Origin: Tubulanus polymorphus
Lineage: Eukaryota; Animalia; Nemertea
Length of the DNA stretch: 64,000 nucleotides
Direction: 5' to 3'
NCBI RefSeq assembly: GCF_964204645.1
Contig: NC_134036.1
Location: 434,001-498,000, forward strand
This document shows positions 47,717 through 64,000 of this stretch, piece by piece; the first letter of the stretch is position 1, and the number at the start of each line of letters is the position of its first letter. The notes below the pieces were generated by a model that saw only the letters and a list, made by a program, of their open reading frames with translations, made no database searches and had not been told where the DNA came from. The position numbers and the translations under genes are program-made.

Positions 47717-48740
47717 GACAAGCCAGCTCAATTAGTTTGTCTCAGTGACTGGACACAGGGCACAAGCCAGCTCAATTAGTTTGTCTCAGTGGCTGGGCAC
47801 AGGGCACAAGCCACCTCAATTAGTTTGTCTCAGTGGCTGGGCACAGGGCACAAGCCAGCTCAATTAGTTTGTCTCAGTGACTGGGCACAGGGCACAAGCC
47901 AGCTCAATTAGTTTGTCTCAGTGACTGGGCACAGGGCACAAGCCAGCTCAATTAGTTTGTCTCAGTGGCTGGGCACAGGGCACAAGCCACCTCAATTAGT
48001 TTGTCTCAGTGGCTGGGCACTGGGCGCAAGCCACCTCAATCAATTTGTCTCAGTGGCTAGGCACAGGGCACAAGCCACAAGCCACCTCAATTAGTTTGTC
48101 TCAGTGACTGGACACAGGGCACAAGCCAGCTCAATTAGTTTGTCTCATTGACTGGGCACAGGGCACAAGCCAGCTCAATTTGTTTGTCTCATTGACTGGA
48201 CACAGGGCACAAGCCAGCTCAATTAGTTTGTCTCAGTGACTGGACACAGGGCACAAGCCACCTCAATTAGTTTGTCTCAGTGACTGGAGACAGGGGCACA
48301 AGCCAGCTCAATTAGTTTGTCTCATTGACTGGACACAGGGCACAAGCCAGCTCAATTAGTTTGTCTCAGTGGCTGGGCACAGGGCACAAGCCACCTCAAT
48401 TAGTTTGTCTCAGTGGCTGGGCACTGGGCGCAAGCCACCTCAATCAATTTGTCTCAGTGGCTAGGCACAGGGCACAAGCCACAAGCCACCTCAATTAGTT
48501 TGTCTCAGTGACTGGACACAGGGCACAAGCCACCTCAATTATTTTGCCTCAGTGACTGGACGCAGGGCACAAGCCAGCTCAATTAGTTTGTCTCATTGAC
48601 TGGGCACAGGGCACAAGCCACCTCAATTAGTTTGTCTCAGTGACTGGGCACAGGACACAAGCCACCTCAATCAGTTTGTCTCAGTTACTGGACACAGGGC
48701 ACAATCCAGCTAAATTAGGTTGTCTCAGTGGCTCGACACA
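47717..48740. repeat. 41-bp minisatellite array (~25 copies), same family as 355-1324
   Basis: Same unit and orientation; an internal higher-order duplication repeats a variant block at ~48016 and ~48421. Confidence 0.97.
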
Positions 48741-51370
48741 GAGTACACCAGTTAGTTAATGGCTGATAAGTTCATCACAGTGACTGGATTTAGCTGAAGT
48801 TTCTAAATTAATTAAATCATTTTTAATAGTTCCCCCTTTTCTATGATGCTAGAGTTAATGGCAGGCTGAGTCAGACTCTCTCAGTCAGACTCAGTAGTGT
48901 TGCACACAGCAGCATCATTAGAGAAGGAATCTGTACACATCCGGTGTATGTGTGTGATGGATCAGAACTATACCCGGTACTATTCCTGCGGGTTTATAAA
49001 CATTTATCTTCACTAAATATAGACCTTTAACCCGATAAACAGTAGCTGCAACCACTGAACTGTTAAATCTGTACCCTCTGACACAGATTGTCCTTTATCC
49101 TGGACTTGTGGGCTAGTCTAGGTCTGAGTCATCAGATTTCATATTTATGTTACTAGATTGAATGATTTTTTATTTGAATGTCTAACATGTGTATAACGAC
49201 TCATCGAGCTCAGGGTAGCCTAGGCTTATATGAGAGAGTATTGTATTTTCCTCAAGTGAATGTTAATTATCGCTTGCCAGTTATTTAATTATTAATACCC
49301 TTAGTCGTAACATATGGTCTTATTACACACTATATTGATGTCCCCTCCCCCTCTATATACACTGAGCTATTTACCTCAAATCTCTGATTAGATTTCTATT
49401 TCATTAACTAAAACATCAATGGGCAACCTCATCAAATTCTAGCCCTGTCTTTCGTTACATAGCTTATCCCTATATTTGTTCAAAGCAATGGTCGGACAGC
49501 TTGGGATTATCCAGTGAACTTGTCAGCTCATAGGCTACTAACATTACTTGGGGCTGTATTTGTATTTTATGATCTGGGGTAGAGTTCGTTGTAAGTTAAT
49601 TTCTGTCATGATTAATCGGGGAATCAACTTTCCGGCGATCAGCCCGAGAGGTCAGCGGCATCTCAATCCGTATATCAGATATCGGATATATCAGGGATTC
49701 TTCTCAATGATTCATAATTCCCAGATCCGTCCAGATTCACACAGTCTCGTATAGGTCTGTTCACCAGATTCCGACCCCATCTGTTCATGGTTGGATAGTA
49801 GAATGTTTAATGTATCCCCTATTTGAACCTTGCACATCATCATAAAATAAACAGTTTAAAATAGATCTGTATTTAATCGCATTCACAAATATACAATTAA
49901 ATTTCAATTTCATTATGTAATGAATGAATGAGTCGTTCATCCATCTGTTAAAACTCTCTGAAATGAGTCAATACTCTTCATTGTGGCTTCAATGTAGTCG
50001 ATTTCGGATTTGTTTAAGTAAGGCCTATTCTTTCTATTCTTTCAATAATTTGCAGTGATGAGGTAAAACTATGCAATGAGTCGCAAATGAAGAGTTGAAT
50101 ATAAGTCCTTCAGTCATGAAGTCGAAAATTAAATTCATTTATAAAAATCTTAATTTTCTTCATTTTCATCCTCAATAACCATTATTGAGGAGCGATAACG
50201 AAGCTCTATTCAAATAATTCGTTAGGCCTAATCGTTTGCTTTTCCTGTCGTCCCAAAATTCATAGTCAACATATGTTATTCAGGCCAAATGAAATGAAAT
50301 TCCAAGACATGAATTCAGATATCAGGAATTAATTTGAAATTTCTCAAAAACAAATTCATAAATAAACTCAGCCAGTTTCATGAATAAAACAGTGATTTTG
50401 AGAATTTCAGTGTTCATTATTAAACGATAGGATTGTATTATTCAGGGAGGCTGGGTTTATTCAGGGAGGCTGGGGTTTATGGACGTCCCCGGGAGGCTGC
50501 AGTATATATGGCTCACAGGGACTGTGCATGCGTGCGATATGTGTATATATTCTATTCCTCAGTGCCGGAAATTAAATTAAATCAATTATAAATCGAGTTT
50601 CTATAAGCTCTGTCAATGATGTCCGTATGTGGGTTTATGGTGAATTGAAACTATTGTAATTAGTCACTCATGATTCCTCATCATTAATAATTAACTCTCT
50701 ACGCTCTGATCAAACTGGAAACTGTTGCTATGTTTGTTGCGTCATTGTTTTTCGGTAGTGAATAAAATTCTTGATATTTCCGTCAAAATCTGTATAGAAT
50801 TTTAACTTTGCCCCAGAGACTGAGTCTGAATTTGGTTTCGTCGAACCCCGGGTAGAATTTGCTGGCCCGCTGCATTCATCGTGGCAGTTGAAGTAGCAAG
50901 GTTTTCAATCTCCCAAAACAATACAGAAGCTTAGCTTAATTTTGGTGCTATCTTCTATTTCTGGTACGGGCAGCAGATATTTTATCGGGCGGGGGGCTAA
51001 AAGTAATTTTCGTATGTAAAAATGATAGGGGTGGCTGCCCTTCTAAAACCTGTTGTGGAGAAGGATAAGAACCAGTCTACTGAACTTAGAATATTTACCG
51101 AGTAATACATAGTGTGTGAGTGTATGTGTATGCTGTTGTATAGGGTTGAATGTTTTTAACAAGTTGTGGATTTGTTGCTCGCTCAAGTTTTCTGCGCTTT
51201 TTTTTCCTGAAGTCAGCGGATAATTCTAAAAATAACCTCGACACAAGCTGAGATTTTACCTTCAACTTCTCTCTCATTCTTTACCTCTAAAAGTATTTAT
51301 TTACTTTCTGTTGTAAATAATAGCACATTAGAAACCTGTTGAAACTGGAATCTATTCTGTGAGAACCAAA

Positions 51371-51758
51371 TACAGCGAAACCTCGTTACAACGAACTTCA
51401 GGAGACCAGAAAATCTGTTTGTTATAACCGATAGTTCTATATACAGCGGAACCTCGATACAACGAACTTCAGGAGACCAGAAAATCTGTTCATTATAACC
51501 GATAGTTCTATATACAGCGAAACCTCGTTACAACAAACTTCAGGAGACCAGAAAATCTGTTCGTTATAACCGATAGTTCTATATACAACGGAACCTCGAT
51601 ACAACAAACTTCAGGACACCTGGAAATCGGTTCGTTATAACTGGTAGTTCATTATATCCAATATGGAAATCATTTGAATTTTCCTATTCCATTAAAATCT
51701 AGGCTTGTAATAACTGATAAATTATTTTATCCCAGTTAGTTTTTACAAGGTTCCAGTA
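51371..51758. mobile_element. Tc1/mariner(pogo)-type MITE with its left end tandemly amplified (71-bp unit x4)
   Basis: Units start TACAGCGAAACCTCGTTACAACGAA at 51371, 51442, 51513 and 51584; degenerate right end ...acaaggttccagta at ~51758. Confidence 0.75.
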
Positions 51759-54700
51759 TTTTAAAAGATTGACCCAGTATCAGAAGGTTTGACCCTGGTG
51801 TACCAAGACCCTGTGCTCTATTCTATGCAGGCGTAACTAATTTTGACTATAAAATGGAAAGCAGTTTTGGTCGTAATATTTGGAACAGTTTGACTTTAAT
51901 CTGTTTAACCTATAACTCTATCGTCGTGTGTGACACGGGACCTGATTTTTAAACGGGTTATCGCATAAATCTTGCCTTTAATCAGTTATTTTTAACTGGA
52001 TCGACCTTGAGGGGAGCTGAGCAGCACTTAAACTTTACTTTAATACTAATCTAATGTACTAGACGTGGTAGCAAGAGGAGTTTACATATACACGGGGTAA
52101 GAAGGGGTAAGAGGGGGTAAGGATAAGAGTTGATGTTCATTAAAGTTGTTAGAAACATCTGGAGTTGAAGAAAAAATATCTCCGAAGCGCGATCGAAGTT
52201 TAATCAAATCAAAGTCTATGTTAATCAGTGATAGAATCTGAGTGAGGAGGTGTATTTATAAACCTGGGTGTGAAGATAGTTGAGGGGTCTGTGTTTAAGG
52301 GTTTCAGTGTAAGGAGTAGTTGAAGGTATTGGGGTCTGGTCTGTTCTCAAGGCTTTCGACGTTAGGAATATATTGGTGAGGTTTAGAAACATTTAGCTGA
52401 GCTTGAACACTTCACTTCGTCGCTGTTCCTTGACCTCAACTTTCACTGGTGCACTGAGCCCTGGATATAAGCCATGTGACCTGTTTTGAGACGGTGTCAT
52501 CAGAACTTGATGTCTCTTTCAATATGCATAGGTTTCCTATATGAAGTACGTGTTCTCAACTCTTCTCCAATCTTCCAAATTCCTCTTCATAATTTCTCAT
52601 CATCTCCAGCCTCTTCCACTGATGCTGCTGAAACTGTCTTCATGGTTCAATCAGAAATTATTGCATTTCCTAAAATCCTTCGTTCTCACTTGCAATAACT
52701 TCAGGGCAGGAGAATACACAGTACCAGATAAACTCCGCTCAAGTCGGATCATTTTGATGGGATAAAATTTGTCCCGTCTTGAGAGCGTATAATATCTGAA
52801 TTGGTAATTGCCGCTGATGAGTAGAGAACAGCTCTGATCTCACTGGGTGTAGAAACATTGTAGATAAGCAATACTGTTTATCACATCTTCACAAAATACT
52901 TATCATCGTTGCTACTGATATCCTAAACAAACACCGAATTCCTTCCGGATTACGCACCTACTACGCTGCCACCTGGTGATAAAACATCGAACCCTACATC
53001 AGACGAGAGATAGATAGCGCTACTAAAAGGATTATTCGCTATGACGATATAATCCGTATTATCTGCGGGTAACTAATCCTGCGTATGTTTATAATGCAGT
53101 TTAAGTGTTTTATATCTAATCAGTGTTTGTCTATTGTAGCTGATTATTCATCGTCGATGGATATGAATTTATCCCTCGAGACTTAGCTCGAATCACGAGC
53201 ACTTCAATGTCGCCAGTCGCAATGAAAAATATACGAATCCTCCAGGGGCTGGGGCTGGTATATCTACATCGCGTGGCCCTGGTGTACAGCATTGTATATA
53301 GAGCATAGAGTGTGCCCTGCATCGGTTAGGATATATACAACTCATTATGAATTATTTAAAAGATATTTAAACAGTTTTTAACAGACTTTTTACGTCAGAT
53401 TAAAACAGTTTAGACTAGACTTCTTTATATAAACTTTCAGCATGTTAGGAGGAGGGGGCAGACGCCTTGTGATTGTTTTGATACATGCGCCTAAATATTC
53501 TCAAAACCAGTTGAGCTGTTTTGAGGAAGAGTAATATCTGGGTTAGGACTTAAACTGCTGCTAACATTTAGTCAAATTGAGCATGAGTTCGAGAGAATGG
53601 TTGGCAATATCTATTGCGAAATATTGCTCTTATGAAAGGGAAATTTTAGTGATTTACGCTGGGTTTTTGCCGGGTATTTCGATACAGTATATATATATAT
53701 AATATCTGTGTTTCATGATTGAATGAATTGTCGATGAATTGAGGAAGTATTTTTTTTCGCTTTTATTCTCATTCAGAAACGACAGATCGATATTTCATGA
53801 CTTTCTCTTTGTGCGCGCGAAATAATAAATAACTATCCTTATATAATATGTAATATAGTATTGAACGGTGAATAGAATTTATACAATTCTCCACTTCCCG
53901 ATTCCAGTCTATACGTCATAGCAAATAATTCAGACAGACAAATCTTCCGTCATAGGTTTTACTTAATGTTGATATTGAACGGAATTTCTTACAATAGAAT
54001 TTCTTCCAGTATAGAAAAAATGGGCAAAAAAAAGATTTAAATTCCCGGTTCCTATTTCAAGATACGTAAATTCCATAGATTCGTAGTTGGTTGAGGACTT
54101 ACACTTATTAAATTGAATTGCGAATACAAAATTTGGACTCAAAAATAATAGAGATGATTTCAATAATGTGTGAGGATATATCGGGTGATGATATTCACTG
54201 TAGTTCTGAACGATCTTTGACGATGAAAATCCGTTAAAGAGAAGAGAACTTTATCAAATGCGCAGAAATCAACGGTATATTTATTATCTTTAATATTCCT
54301 ATAATGACGATGACCTGATTTGTGAGGATTATGAATTTACGCGAAATGGGGGCAATTATGTGAAATTACAGCCTGCCTGCCTCGCGGTCGGTCGGTCGGT
54401 CGGCAGCTCAAGGTTTGACAACTATAGCTATGTTTCTGTTGGTTTCAGTAATTTGTCAAGTAAATACTCGTATGTAATCATCCTGCACGTGGCTAATGAT
54501 CGTCGCTATTTTATACTGTGTTACTTCAACCTGGGAAAATATATTCAGTTATTACCATGTATTTAATGATATCCATATTTCTGTGCACTTATCGCGTTTC
54601 TGTCCCGGGTTCAAATCGCTGACCTTCATATTTCAAACTTCTTCATCGGATTTTGTTAGATTCGCAAAACATTTTATAAAATCATTATGAACATATCCAA

Positions 54701-54820
54701 CCCCCCCTGAGAATCATAACAATCAGTAACCATGGAGATAACTTGTTTTAAGGGTTAAGATTTTAAATAAAATGATTATTTATTGTTAATTTCAGGTGAG
54801 ATCGACGACGGCCTGTAACT

Positions 54821-63910
<9,090 letters not shown>

Positions 63911-64000
63911 GTAAGAGATGTATCAATTTGAGATATCAATTTGAGATATCAATTTGAGTTATCAATGATTTGAGATATCAATGATTCATGTAATTGATGA

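Overview
Intron-rich animal genomic DNA, apparently from a bilaterian invertebrate (GT-AG introns, CTCF-type motifs, CpG-rich exons; a lophotrochozoan is only a guess). It is not prokaryotic: no CRISPR array, tRNA or rRNA was found. Four protein genes were assembled by hand. (1) The 5' end of a minus-strand gene with an ancestral KRAB domain of the PRDM7/9 type (exons 2106-2120 and 1476-1677), running off the left edge. (2) A complete 19-exon, 984-aa membrane M1 zinc aminopeptidase (minus, 3888-12356). (3) A complete 20-exon, 2161-aa CEP152/Asterless orthologue (plus, 28203-38538). (4) The 5' part of talin (promoter ~47.1-47.3 kb, FERM exons 54821-63910, running off the right edge), with an apparent 1-nt homopolymer frameshift in its first coding exon. 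Introns and spacers are full of MITEs and minisatellites, and several arrays are built from amplified transposon ends. The most unusual stretch lies between CEP152 and talin (~41.5-44.9 kb). It holds a probably spliced 77-aa hydrophobic CxxC-repeat micropeptide ORF whose 3' end runs into a ~162-bp inverted repeat with a strong G.U-wobble bias (20 G.U vs 7 A.C), the signature of a selected hairpin RNA. The hairpin loop holds two structured direct repeats, followed by a convergent orphan ORF and a duplicated multi-exon noncoding module. This is a candidate hpRNA/endo-siRNA or toxin-antidote-like cassette. All homology calls are from recognition of motifs by eye; no database search was run.
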